From assembly GCA_030145425.1 (NCBI GenBank), contig JAQYVO010000195.1, forward strand, positions 48,756-112,755: 64,000 bases of DNA, in the 5' to 3' direction. The translations under genes and the position numbers were made by a program. The notes under the pieces were generated by a model. That model worked only from the letters and a program-made list of their open reading frames with translations, had not been told where the DNA came from and made no database searches. The DNA is from Chromatiales bacterium (GTDB taxonomy: Bacteria > Pseudomonadota > Gammaproteobacteria > Chromatiales > Chromatiaceae). How positions within the stretch are numbered: the stretch's first letter is position 1; each line of letters starts with the position of its first letter. Positions 1 through 9,405 of the stretch are shown piece after piece.

Positions 1-1117
1 GCCCTGGCATCGGAGTGGCGGCATCAATGTTGGTGTGAATACCACCCATCATGTAGTGAACCACGGGTCTAACCGGCACCAGTTCATGAACCGGATCCGC
101 CCCGACATAGCTCGCGGCCAGGTCCCTGACCAGCGGCAGCTTCTCGTTGATCTTTTTCTCGCCAAGGTGGCGCATATCCAGGTATACCACGTCGCCCCAG
201 CGCGAACCCACGGTGCGACCCTTTTTCTGCTCGTGCCAGAATGCCTGGCTGAGGCGATCCCGGGGCCCCAGTTCCATGGCCTTGTTCCGGGGCCAGGGAT
301 CCGGCGGCCCCAGATCGTAATCCTGGAGATAGCGATAGCCGTCTTTGTTGACGAGGATTCCGCCCTCCCCCCGGCAGCCTTCCGTAAGGAGAATCCCGGT
401 TCCCGGCAGGCCGGTTGGGTGGTACTGAACGAACTCCATATCCTTGAGGGGCACCCCGGCACGGTAGGCCATGGCCATGCCGTCTGCGGTCTTTATCGCA
501 CCATTGGTGGTGAAGGGGAACATCCATCCGGCCCCGCCGGCTGCGATAATGACGGAACGGGCCTGGAACAACTGCATGAGCCCGGTGCGCATCTCGATGG
601 CCGACACACCCTGGCACACGCCGTCAGCCACGATCAGGTCAGTGCAGTAGAACTCGTCATAGCGTTCTATAGATGGGTACTTCAGGGATGTCTGGAACAG
701 CGTATGAAGAATATGGAAACCGCTCTTATCGGCGGCAAACCAGGTCCGCTCGTTCTTCATGCCTCCGAACGGCCTGACCGCGACATGCCCATTTTTCTCG
801 CGGCTCCAGGGGCAACCCCAATGCTCAAGTTGGGTCAGTTCGACGGGCGCCTGCCTGATAAAGAGATCCACGGCGTCCTGATCACACAGCCAGTCACCAC
901 CCGCCACCGTATCATTGAAATGATCTTCCAGGCTGTCGCCCTGTTTGATTACGCCCGCAGCACCGCCTTCGGCCGCCACCGTGTGGCTGCGCATGGGATA
1001 AACTTTTGATATAAGGGCAACTTTCAGATCGGGGGCACTTTCCGCAACCGCAATGGCCGCCCGCAGACCTGCCCCCCCTGCACCGATGATTGCCACGTCG
1101 GTTTTTATGGTTTCCAT
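1..1117 (-). CDS. frdA: Fumarate reductase/succinate dehydrogenase flavoprotein subunit, FrdA-type; 5' part only, C-terminus runs off the window edge
   Basis: Absent from the ORF track because it is open at the window edge. My translation of the minus strand from ATG at 1117 gives [98 protein letters not shown]. It shows the GxGxxG FAD fold, the [10 protein letters not shown] covalent-FAD histidine context and the [12 protein letters not shown] motifs, and is colinear with E. coli FrdA as I recall it. The + ORF 35..1009 is its antisense shadow. Confidence 0.9.
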   Translation of the reverse strand, partial: METIKTDVAIIGAGGAGLRAAIAVAESAPDLKVALISKVYPMRSHTVAAEGGAAGVIKQGDSLEDHFNDTVAGGDWLCDQDAVDLFIRQAPVELTQLEHWGCPWSREKNGHVAVRPFGGMKNERTWFAADKSGFHILHTLFQTSLKYPSIERYDEFYCTDLIVADGVCQGVSAIEMRTGLMQLFQARSVIIAAGGAGWMFPFTTNGAIKTADGMAMAYRAGVPLKDMEFVQYHPTGLPGTGILLTEGCRGEGGILVNKDGYRYLQDYDLGPPDPWPRNKAMELGPRDRLSQAFWHEQKKGRTVGSRWGDVVYLDMRHLGEKKINEKLPLVRDLAASYVGADPVHELVPVRPVVHYMMGGIHTNIDAATPMPG

Positions 1118-1535
1118 CTCTCCAGCATCCCCCTTTCCGCTTTTTTTGTTTCCTGCCTTTCTGATTAACAGAGCACTGCCGTTGGTATTTGTGTAACTAT
1201 CAGATAATGAAATTTCCTCCGTGGAGCATAGGCCGTGTCCAGGTTCCTTCGGAGCCAATCACCTGGGAATTGTACTTGATTTAACCGTTACAATGATGTT
1301 ACATCTTTTTCACTGAAGGTAAAAAGTTGAATAACAATAATTCGATATAAGTTTGTACATTCATTTTATCTGGATAACCCTGGATTTTCCTGAAGAGGTT
1401 AACGGGCAGCGTATTGCCCGAAGGCATAACATGGTGAAGTAACAGCGTCTCCGGAATTTGTGATGATCAGCTGGCTAATCAGCGATTGTTTCGATATGAA
1501 CCGGTTGGCGGCTGAAAGGATAAAAATGCAGCTTT

Positions 1536-2285
1536 ATGGCTAAACAAAGTACCGTCGCATCAAATTTCCTCCCATCCAACACCGAGAAACCAGACGCGGT
1601 TGAGCAGCCTGCGGGGCCACCGGTTCCGGATTACCTTGTCAGGACATACTGGTGGGCCTATCTGCATCCTCGCGGCGTGCGGATATTCGAACACCAGTGG
1701 ATAGTAAATCTCATTCTCTGGGGTAATTTTTCCCGACTGAGGGACAGCGCCCTGGACACCCTGGGGAAGCGCATCTCCGGTCGCACCCTCCAGGTAGCCT
1801 GTGTATACGGCGATTTCACCCGCAAGCTGGCAGAAAGACTCTCCCCGGGTGCCAGACTGGATGTGATCGACGTTGCCCAGATCCAGTTGGAAAACCTCGA
1901 GAACAAGATAGCTGATCGAAAGGATGTCTTCATGAGTCGGCAGGATGCCTCCGACCTCTCGTATGAGAAGGACAGCTTCGATCAGGTGGTGGTATTTTTT
2001 CTGCTTCACGAACTGCCGGCGGAGTTCCGAAAAAGGACCGTACAGGAGGTGATGCGGGTGGTGAAGCCGGGCGGCAAGGTGGTATTCGTGGATTATCACC
2101 AGCCCGTCCGCTATCACCCACACCGCTATATCATGCGCCCTGTCCTTCGGCTTCTCGAGCCCTACGCCCTGGACTTGTGGAATACTGAGATAACCGACTG
2201 GCTTTCCAGAGACACCCCGCCGGTACGTGTTGAAAAATCCACTTTCTTCGGTGGCCTGTACCAGAAGGTGGTGCTGACCTGCTGA
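1536..2285 (+). CDS. rquA: Class I SAM-methyltransferase-fold protein, RquA-like (candidate rhodoquinone biosynthesis protein)
   Basis: 249 aa. Contains PDYLVRTYWWAYLHP, NLILWGN, GRTLQVACVYGDF in place of the canonical motif-I GxGxG loop, FFLLHELP, VDYHQP, LLEPYALDLW and FGGLYQKVVL. These are the features I recall for the RquA family. Not verified by a search. Confidence 0.5.
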   Translation: MAKQSTVASNFLPSNTEKPDAVEQPAGPPVPDYLVRTYWWAYLHPRGVRIFEHQWIVNLILWGNFSRLRDSALDTLGKRISGRTLQVACVYGDFTRKLAERLSPGARLDVIDVAQIQLENLENKIADRKDVFMSRQDASDLSYEKDSFDQVVVFFLLHELPAEFRKRTVQEVMRVVKPGGKVVFVDYHQPVRYHPHRYIMRPVLRLLEPYALDLWNTEITDWLSRDTPPVRVEKSTFFGGLYQKVVLTC

Positions 2286-2297
2286 CGCAGGCAGGCG

Positions 2298-3083
2298 TTA
2301 ATTAGACCCGTACCCCCGATTGACATAGACATCGTAGCGGGTGTTGGGGCTTTTGATTTCGATGTCCGGAAACTCGTCTGCCAGTCGAGTGGATCGGGCA
2401 GGCCGCTTGACCACCACTCGGAATCGCGCACATTTCCTGGCTGCGGCCAGCAGATCCCGGCTGTCCGAATCGTCACCCACCAGTTGTCTGAATATCCGCA
2501 TCTCTTTTTTTACCAGCGCTGTCTTCATGCGATGGGGATACATGGGATCGAGATAGACAACATCGGGACAGGCGGCCGCAGGCAGGTTCTCCATATAGCC
2601 AATGGCATTCTCGCACCGAAGCTGCATCAAGCGCACGATGGGACGGGTCTTTGTGTCTACCGATGCCCGGTCAATGGCATCAGCCAGCAATGCCGCGGCT
2701 ACGGGGGAACGCTCCAGCAACAGCACGCTGCAGCCAAGAGAGGCAAGCACGAAGGCATCCCGGCCAAGTCCTGCGGTGGCGTCAAGAACATAGGGTAACC
2801 TCCCCTTCTTCAGACCGACAGCCCGCGCAAGCGGCTGCCCCCTTCCCTCCCCGGAGCGTCTACGATGACCTGCTTTGCCCTGTACAAAATCAACCCGAAT
2901 CGGGCCAGGGGTTCCCATGCCGGCCTGCCTGAGCTCCAGTCCTGAGGGGGCAGCTACCAACAGCATATCGAACCCATCGGCCGCAAGACCGGTCAGTGGC
3001 AGTTCCAACCGATGTGCCAGGGATTCGGCATGGGCCTGCTGGGCTTCTCCCTCCCACCCTACGGCTATCCGCCCTTCAGTCAT
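2298..3083 (-). CDS. rsmJ: 16S rRNA (guanine1516-N2)-methyltransferase RsmJ (YhiQ family)
   Basis: 261 aa. VLDATAGLGRDAFVLASLGC, VVYLDPMYPHR, ALVKKEMRIFRQLVG and VVVKRP are colinear with E. coli RsmJ. Confidence 0.85.
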   Translation of the reverse strand: MTEGRIAVGWEGEAQQAHAESLAHRLELPLTGLAADGFDMLLVAAPSGLELRQAGMGTPGPIRVDFVQGKAGHRRRSGEGRGQPLARAVGLKKGRLPYVLDATAGLGRDAFVLASLGCSVLLLERSPVAAALLADAIDRASVDTKTRPIVRLMQLRCENAIGYMENLPAAACPDVVYLDPMYPHRMKTALVKKEMRIFRQLVGDDSDSRDLLAAARKCARFRVVVKRPARSTRLADEFPDIEIKSPNTRYDVYVNRGYGSN

Positions 3084-3181
3084 TTCCAGATATCGACATC
3101 CTCAAGGGGTTCGGATCAAGCATAGCACTGATATACCCCTTTAAAGCGGTGCAATCGAGAAGGCAATTACCGCATACGGCG

Positions 3182-3901
3182 TCAGGGCAGCCAGAGAGAG
3201 AAGCATCCACCACTCAGGGTGTGGCAGTTGCTCAGGGAGATACGACCGTACCGGTCCTTGTTGCGATGCATGTTAGCCACCATGGCGGCGAAATAGAGGC
3301 CAAGATGCGTGTGTTCGCTGACCAGTTCATCGGATTGCCACTGGCCTGCCTGGGTATTGAGCATCTCCTCTGGGTATCCTTCCCCGTCATCTTCAACCCG
3401 CAGCACCAGATATCCCTTCTCCTGGACGCCGGACACCAACAGCTTGCTGCTGGTATAACGAAGACCGTTTCCGAGGAGATTATTAATGACGCCGCGGATC
3501 AGGCTCTCGTCGAAATAACCGTATAATCCAGGGTCGCTGCGCCATTCCAGCTGGACCTGTTTCGCTTCGGCGGATGCACGGTTTTCAATGACGAGTTCCT
3601 CAAGAAACTCTCCGACATTCCATTCCTCCACGTGAGCCGAGATTCGCTCGTTCTCAATCTTGTATAGTGTCAGAAGCTCGATAAGATGATTGTTCAGGCG
3701 CTTTGCCTCTTGCTGCAGGGCCACAATCTTCTTCCGGTCAATAGGGGCATCCCCAGAGTCACGGGTAAATTCCTCCAGGGTGTTGATGACCACCCCCAGG
3801 GAATTCTTCATGTCGTGGATCAGGGATGCCAGGATATCTGCGAATTTCATCACGGCCTGCCGGTGATCAGGACCCCAGGGACAATTGACGATACATGGCA
3901 T
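3182..3901 (-). CDS. Soluble histidine kinase (DHp + HATPase_c only, no sensor or TM domain)
   Basis: H-box SLIHDMKNSLGVV, N-box NNLLGNGLRY, and G-boxes EDDGEGYP and GLYFAAMVA. Start at 3901 has GAGG about 7 nt upstream and overlaps the upstream gene by 35 nt. Alternative ATG at 3850. Confidence 0.8.
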   Translation of the reverse strand: MPCIVNCPWGPDHRQAVMKFADILASLIHDMKNSLGVVINTLEEFTRDSGDAPIDRKKIVALQQEAKRLNNHLIELLTLYKIENERISAHVEEWNVGEFLEELVIENRASAEAKQVQLEWRSDPGLYGYFDESLIRGVINNLLGNGLRYTSSKLLVSGVQEKGYLVLRVEDDGEGYPEEMLNTQAGQWQSDELVSEHTHLGLYFAAMVANMHRNKDRYGRISLSNCHTLSGGCFSLWLP

Positions 3902-5507
3902 GCACCCGCCTCAGACCCGGATCCTTGTCATCAACTTTTCGAACTTTATCGAGGTATTGCTTTACCTTGCCAAGCTGCCCTCTGTCGGTCCCGCTCTCCT
4001 TCATGTTCATGATCAGAACCCGCGCGGCATTCAGGTTGACCACCTTGTTGGCCGGCATCCCCTGTGTAGCCTCCTCGAAATGATCAAGAGCTTGCTTCAA
4101 GTTACCTGATTTCGCGAGTTCCACACCATGGTTGTTGATATTTACAACCTCCTTGTGTATCTCTTCGATATAGCTCTCCGGATCCGATTCCATTCCGAGT
4201 TCACTCATCAGACTGCCTACATCCTTCAGCAGCCTGTCCTCAGAATGGTTGTTCTTTACAACCGTATTCAATAGACTTTTCGCCGTGTCGGAATCACCCA
4301 GTTTGTCACAGACTCGGACCATCTCCAGTGCAGCATTCGGTCCCGCTTCCAGACCAATCTGCTCGTAGAGCTCCCTGGAACGCTGAAGACTGGCTTCAGC
4401 AGCATCGGCTTCGCCCGCGTCCGAGTGAATCACGCATTCAGCCATGGATGCGTAAAGGGATGCTTCATGGCTACCCGAAAACTCCCCCATCATGTTTTTC
4501 AGAATCTTCAGCCCTTCACGACTGGCGCCCGCACGGGCCTTGATCTTGGCCAGACTGGCATTTACAGATGGGTGTTTGTAAACCGAGTGCCTGCCCAGCT
4601 TGACGGCTTGTGCGAGGGCTTTTGAAGCTGTTTCCTCATCCTGATTCTTCAGCGCCAACTCACCCAGGGCCTGCTGACGCAATATGGCATTCGGAGAGAG
4701 GGTTACCGCCCTGTGCAGTACTTCCTGGGCATCCTCGGGCTGATCGAGCATCTGCAGAGTGCGCGCCAGCCAATCGTAGGCCGCCGTGAATCGTTCGTTC
4801 TCCAACAACAGTTTCTCGAAAAGTGTCCGAGCCTTCTGGTAGTCGCCCCGGGCGTAGTAGACCTTGCCCAGGCCAAGCAGGGCCCAGGTCATTTCCCGTT
4901 CTGCAATTATTCCCTCCAGAATAGTCGCAGCCTGTTGGTAGTCACCTGCCAGGAAACAAAGTTCCGCCTTGAGTTTGATCAGCTCCCGCAGATTTTTCGG
5001 TTTCCCGGCCATCTTTTTGTCCAGCAAAATGACAGCCACTTCAAAGTCATTGCGGTCCACCGCCTGCTCGACATCCTTCAGGTTTTTCTTTTTTTCGACC
5101 AACTTGTCCAGTCTGGCCCTGAGAAGGTCCTTGGTGAACGGCTTGGTCAGATAGGAATCAGGCTCGTACTCCACCGCACCCATCACCATGTCGAGGGTGT
5201 TTTCGGCAGTAATCATGACGAATATGGATCCCAACCCGATCAGGTTGCGGTGCCGCGCCTCCTCCAACACCTGCTGCCCGTTTTTGCCGGGACCCAGATT
5301 ATAATCGCATAGGACGATATCGTAGCGTTTGGCCTCCATGGCGCTGACGGCATCCATTCCATTTGCGGCAGCGTCAAGTTTGGTGATGCCGATAGCCTGC
5401 AGCATGCTTTTTATCATGCTGCGCATATCACCGAAGTCATCGATTATGAGAAAATCCTTTTTCTCCAGTTCATTGGTCCTGAAATTAAGTGGTGCACGTT
5501 TTTCCAT
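3867..5507 (-). CDS. Response-regulator receiver domain fused to a long TPR-repeat region
   Basis: 546 aa. N-terminus FLIIDDF..DIVLCDYNLGPGKNG..MITAE..KPF is a CheY-like REC domain with its phospho-acceptor Asp. The remainder consists of repeated A/Y/L-rich TPR-like helices (YYARGDYQKARTLFEKLL etc.). Confidence 0.85.
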   Translation of the reverse strand: MEKRAPLNFRTNELEKKDFLIIDDFGDMRSMIKSMLQAIGITKLDAAANGMDAVSAMEAKRYDIVLCDYNLGPGKNGQQVLEEARHRNLIGLGSIFVMITAENTLDMVMGAVEYEPDSYLTKPFTKDLLRARLDKLVEKKKNLKDVEQAVDRNDFEVAVILLDKKMAGKPKNLRELIKLKAELCFLAGDYQQAATILEGIIAEREMTWALLGLGKVYYARGDYQKARTLFEKLLLENERFTAAYDWLARTLQMLDQPEDAQEVLHRAVTLSPNAILRQQALGELALKNQDEETASKALAQAVKLGRHSVYKHPSVNASLAKIKARAGASREGLKILKNMMGEFSGSHEASLYASMAECVIHSDAGEADAAEASLQRSRELYEQIGLEAGPNAALEMVRVCDKLGDSDTAKSLLNTVVKNNHSEDRLLKDVGSLMSELGMESDPESYIEEIHKEVVNINNHGVELAKSGNLKQALDHFEEATQGMPANKVVNLNAARVLIMNMKESGTDRGQLGKVKQYLDKVRKVDDKDPGLRRVHAMYRQLSLGS

Positions 5508-5604
5508 GTTGCAAACCAGGCATTTATGAATCTTTGCGATAGACAGCGTATCGGCAGATCTGGTGGGAAACTGAAGTACCTACGAAACTGATTCTCTCCT
5601 TGAA

Positions 5605-7425
5605 TCAAGGGCCTGACGTATGTTCCTCTTCCTTCAGGCAGCAGTTTCGCCCGCTCTCCTTTGCCTGATAGAGCGCCCTGTCGGCTCTTTCGAACAGGCT
5701 GTCTGCGGAATCCGGTTCACGAAACAGGGCGAGACCACAGGATGCAGTAATGGACACCCTTTGATTGGTGTATTGAAAGTGCTTGTTCTGTATCGCCAGG
5801 CGCAGCTTTTCCGCCACGGCATATGCCCCCTCGAGATCGGTTTCCGGCAGGAGGATCACGAACTCTTCCCCACCGTAACGTGCGGCATAATCCGATTCAC
5901 GGATAATCTGGCGCATGAGTGTACCGATTACCTCCAACACCTTGTCTCCCGCCTTGTGACCATAGTTGTCGTTGACACGTTTGAAATGGTCCACGTCCAG
6001 CAGGATGAGACTCAGGTCGTTGCCGTAGCGCTTCCAGCGTGCAATCTCCTCTTCCAGGCGGTTGTCGTAGGCAATCCGGTTGTGAAGCCCGGTTAAGGCG
6101 TCCCTAAAGGCCTCGCTGCGGGCTTCGTTGACTTGCTGTTGCAGCTTGTCCGACTCACGCTCCATTTCTCCGATTCTTTCCTTGAGCCGGCTTACCGAAT
6201 CCTCCAACGCCTGTTCCCTGCGATGCTCCAGATCCCGCTGTTCCCTGAGTCGATCCTGGATCTGCGCCAGGCGACGGCTTATGCTTTGCTTGAGATCTTC
6301 CAGGTCGCTGGCCGATGCGACCGAGGCATGCAGGTCTGTCACCTCGCCGGTCACGGTTTCCCCAAGGGCCCGCTGCTCCTGCAGAATCTCGCCGCCTTGA
6401 TTCTGAATACCCTCCAGGACCTGTCCAAACTGTCCGAGACGGTTCGTCAGCTGCAGCAGAAAACGCTCTACCTCGTCCCGCTCCGCTTCGGCTTTCCTTC
6501 TGGCTCCACCGACCAGTTCCACCAGCTCATCGAGCACGGTTGGCAGTTCATTTTCCCCCAACCCAACCAGAAGACGTTCCCTGAGAGCGGTCATTCTCGG
6601 CCTGATCTCCGTGGGTAAATCCATTTTCTCCAGCAATTGGATCAGGATACTCTCCCGGTTCGGTAACATTTTCACTGACGGTTCGGGATTGAGCAGCGGC
6701 AGAAGTTCTTCCGTCAGATCCTCCAGGTCCGCGCGGCTGTCGACATGATCCAGCTTCTCCCGCAGTCCGGCTACAGACTCGGATTCGGTTTCGGGGTCTG
6801 AAATCCGATCGAAGATGCGATGTAAAAGCCCTATCGTCGCCTGTTCAGCTTCGGATTCCCGGCGATCGCCCGAAGCCGCCGACGCCTGTGGAGATTCCGT
6901 ACCCTTGTTGAAAAACCTGCCGATCAATCCCACTTCCGGTTTTTCACCCCCGGACACGCCCTCCAGCGCATCCAGCAGCAGGCTCTCTGTGGTTGCCAGG
7001 GTCTCTCTGTTCAGGCCTTCCTTTTTAAGGCTGCGACGCAGCTTCCTTGCGCGCGACTGCAGATCTGCAGGGAAAGAGGCTTCCTGGATCAGGCTGACAA
7101 GGGCATTCGTCATCAGTTCGGGATCCACCCTGTTCCCTGATTCGAGCTTGAACGCCTCCAGACGCTGATTAATCCCTTCAATCATGCCATCCAGGCGATC
7201 CAGATCCTTTTCTCCGCGGACTCGATTCCGCAACTTCTCCAGGCGGTTATCCAGCTTGTCGTCCCTGCCCCCACCCACGAAACTGAGGCGCGAGATGAAT
7301 CGCCTCAATGTCGTTTCAACATCTACCCAGAATGCCTCTCGCTGTTCCAGTTTTTTGAGGCTGTCAAAGTATTTCGTTTTCCAATCCGATTCTGCATCCA
7401 TTATTGAGTTTGCCTGTGGGATCAA
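5605..7425 (-). CDS. Diguanylate cyclase (GGDEF domain, GGEEF active site) with about 430-aa coiled-coil/charged N-terminal region
   Basis: 606 aa. C-terminus DALTGLHNR..LLDVDHFKRVNDNYGH..GDKVL..RYGGEEFVILLP..SCGLA. The N-terminal region is E/R/L-rich with no TM segment. First gene of a three-gene operon with the two genes above. Confidence 0.85.
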   Translation of the reverse strand: MIPQANSIMDAESDWKTKYFDSLKKLEQREAFWVDVETTLRRFISRLSFVGGGRDDKLDNRLEKLRNRVRGEKDLDRLDGMIEGINQRLEAFKLESGNRVDPELMTNALVSLIQEASFPADLQSRARKLRRSLKKEGLNRETLATTESLLLDALEGVSGGEKPEVGLIGRFFNKGTESPQASAASGDRRESEAEQATIGLLHRIFDRISDPETESESVAGLREKLDHVDSRADLEDLTEELLPLLNPEPSVKMLPNRESILIQLLEKMDLPTEIRPRMTALRERLLVGLGENELPTVLDELVELVGGARRKAEAERDEVERFLLQLTNRLGQFGQVLEGIQNQGGEILQEQRALGETVTGEVTDLHASVASASDLEDLKQSISRRLAQIQDRLREQRDLEHRREQALEDSVSRLKERIGEMERESDKLQQQVNEARSEAFRDALTGLHNRIAYDNRLEEEIARWKRYGNDLSLILLDVDHFKRVNDNYGHKAGDKVLEVIGTLMRQIIRESDYAARYGGEEFVILLPETDLEGAYAVAEKLRLAIQNKHFQYTNQRVSITASCGLALFREPDSADSLFERADRALYQAKESGRNCCLKEEEHTSGP

Positions 7426-7710
7426 ACACCCGTAAGAAGGCTATTCCTCGATTGCGTCCTGCCATGAACACCCGCTTTGGTCTTAGGCCGGGCCGGAGTC
7501 GGCGACTCCAATTACCGTTTCGGGCGATTGGGCTGAAGTCTTTAGCGAACTGGCCATACCGGCTTTTCGCCGGCAAACAAAGATTAAGATCTGGGACCCG
7601 CTCGACGCTGTTGCAGCGCAGCATCATGTTGTCTAGTATTGCGGAGAAACCCGCCAGCCATGCGGGATACTGACCATCTCCAAAATCAGATCGATAGATA
7701 AAGTGACCCG

Positions 7711-9348
7711 ATGAGCGTCGATTTGCGCCGAAACCCGTGGAATCGGGAGATACCGGAATACTTCAATGTCGGCAGCGCCTGTACCGACGTCCAGGCTGAC
7801 TCGCCCGTCGCGGACCAGGTGGCCATGATTGTCGGGGATGACGCCCTGGGTACCAGCAACGCGACCTACCGGGAGCTTGCGAATCGCACCGACAGATTCG
7901 GGCAACTGTTGCGCAATCTGGAAATAGAAGCCGGCGAGCGTGTGCTGGTTCGCCTGCCAAACTGCCTGGATTATCCAACCGCATTTCTTGGTTCCATGAA
8001 GGCGGGGGCCGTCTCGGTACCCACTTCGACGCTCCTGGTGCCTGAGGAGGTAAATTACCTCGCGGAGAACTCTGGCGCCTCGGTTCTGGTCACCCATAAA
8101 TCCATGTGGGGGGAACTGGGCAGGGAACTCCAGGATTCAGGCGGGCTGCGTCATGTCCTGCTCTCGGGAGAGGGACCCATGCCGGAAAGCAGGGGCCATC
8201 CGCAACTGCACGATCTGGAGCAGGAACTGACGGCCATTACACGTTGGGACGAGCACTTCCCCACCCGCGCCAATGACCCGGCCTATCTCGTCTACACGTC
8301 CGGTACCACAGGCCATCCCAAAGGCGTGCTGCATGCGCACCGGGCACTGCTCGGTCGTCTCCCGGCCATGCGGCATTGGTTCGACTTCGAAGAGGGCGAC
8401 AGAATCCTGCACTCGGGCAAATTCAACTGGACCTACGCCCTGGGCACGGCCATGATGGATCCGCTGTTCCAGGGGAAGACCGTGGTGGTCCATGAAGGCG
8501 CCACCCAGGCAGACACCTGGCTGAAACTGATTGCGGCTCACGGATGTACCATTTTCATCGGTGTACCCAGAATCTTTCGTCAGATCGTCCAGTACACAAC
8601 CCTGGGCGCCGGCGATGTCCCGACGCTGAGACACTGCATGAGTGCCGGTGAACACCTGTCCGACGATTTGCGCCTCGCCTGGCGGAAACGATTCGATCTG
8701 GAGATCTACGAGGGCCTCGGCATGTCCGAGTGTTCCTACTACATTTCACAGGACAAAAGGCACCCGATCCGGCTGGGGTCTGCGGGCCGCATCCAGCCTG
8801 GCCATAAGGTGGCCCTGCTTGACGAGAATCGCAGGCCGGTACCGGATGGGAATGAGGGTATGATCTGCGTGGCCGAATCCGACCCGGGGCTTTTTCTGGG
8901 TTACTGGGATCAGCAGGATGAGACGATAACGGCATGCCAAAACGGCTGGTTCTATACCGGTGACTACGCCAGAAAGGACGAGGACGGCTACATCTGGTTT
9001 CTGGGCAGGCGTGACGACATCATCAACACGTTCGGATACCGGGTATCCCCCCAGGAGATTGAACGGGTGATGAAGACTCACCCCGATGTGTCGGACTGCG
9101 TCGCCATTGGTCAGGAAATAGAGGCGGAGAAAACACTGGTTGCCCTTTGCGTGATTCTGGAATCCGGCTCGCAGTCGGGCACGAAGGAACTCCTCGATTT
9201 CGGAGAACTGCATCTGGCATCCTACAAGTGTCCCAGGCTGGTACACATCATGGAAGACTTTCCGCGCACCAGAAACGGAAAGGTCTTGCGCGGCAGAATC
9301 AAACAGGAAATCGAGGCACATACTGGTACCCCGTCAATATCAGGTTGA
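7711..9348 (+). CDS. AMP-forming acyl-CoA synthetase/ligase (substrate unknown)
   Basis: 545 aa. Contains LVYTSGTTGHPKGVLH, GYWD, WFYTGDYARKDEDGYIWFLGRRDD and PRTRNGKVLR (A10 lysine present). Confidence 0.85.
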   Translation: MSVDLRRNPWNREIPEYFNVGSACTDVQADSPVADQVAMIVGDDALGTSNATYRELANRTDRFGQLLRNLEIEAGERVLVRLPNCLDYPTAFLGSMKAGAVSVPTSTLLVPEEVNYLAENSGASVLVTHKSMWGELGRELQDSGGLRHVLLSGEGPMPESRGHPQLHDLEQELTAITRWDEHFPTRANDPAYLVYTSGTTGHPKGVLHAHRALLGRLPAMRHWFDFEEGDRILHSGKFNWTYALGTAMMDPLFQGKTVVVHEGATQADTWLKLIAAHGCTIFIGVPRIFRQIVQYTTLGAGDVPTLRHCMSAGEHLSDDLRLAWRKRFDLEIYEGLGMSECSYYISQDKRHPIRLGSAGRIQPGHKVALLDENRRPVPDGNEGMICVAESDPGLFLGYWDQQDETITACQNGWFYTGDYARKDEDGYIWFLGRRDDIINTFGYRVSPQEIERVMKTHPDVSDCVAIGQEIEAEKTLVALCVILESGSQSGTKELLDFGELHLASYKCPRLVHIMEDFPRTRNGKVLRGRIKQEIEAHTGTPSISG

Positions 9349-9358
9349 CGGAGTACCA

Positions 9359-9380
9359 GGGCCTGTTAACACTATGCGGA
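9359..9380. repeat. 22-nt element GGGCCTGTTAACACTATGCGGA (half-site copy)
   Basis: Identical over 22 nt to 44902..44923. Lies in the 57-bp spacer between the acyl-CoA synthetase and mch. Confidence 0.7.
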
Positions 9381-9405
9381 AACAACCGAACAGGAAGAAA
9401 TAAAG

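Noticed and set aside
35-1009. 324-aa + strand ORF, with nested minus-frame ORFs 49..462 and 84..617
   Set aside because: Antisense or off-frame shadows of frdA. Their translations are low-complexity (R/P/G/H-rich) with no motifs, while the minus frame ending at 1117 reads as a clean FrdA.
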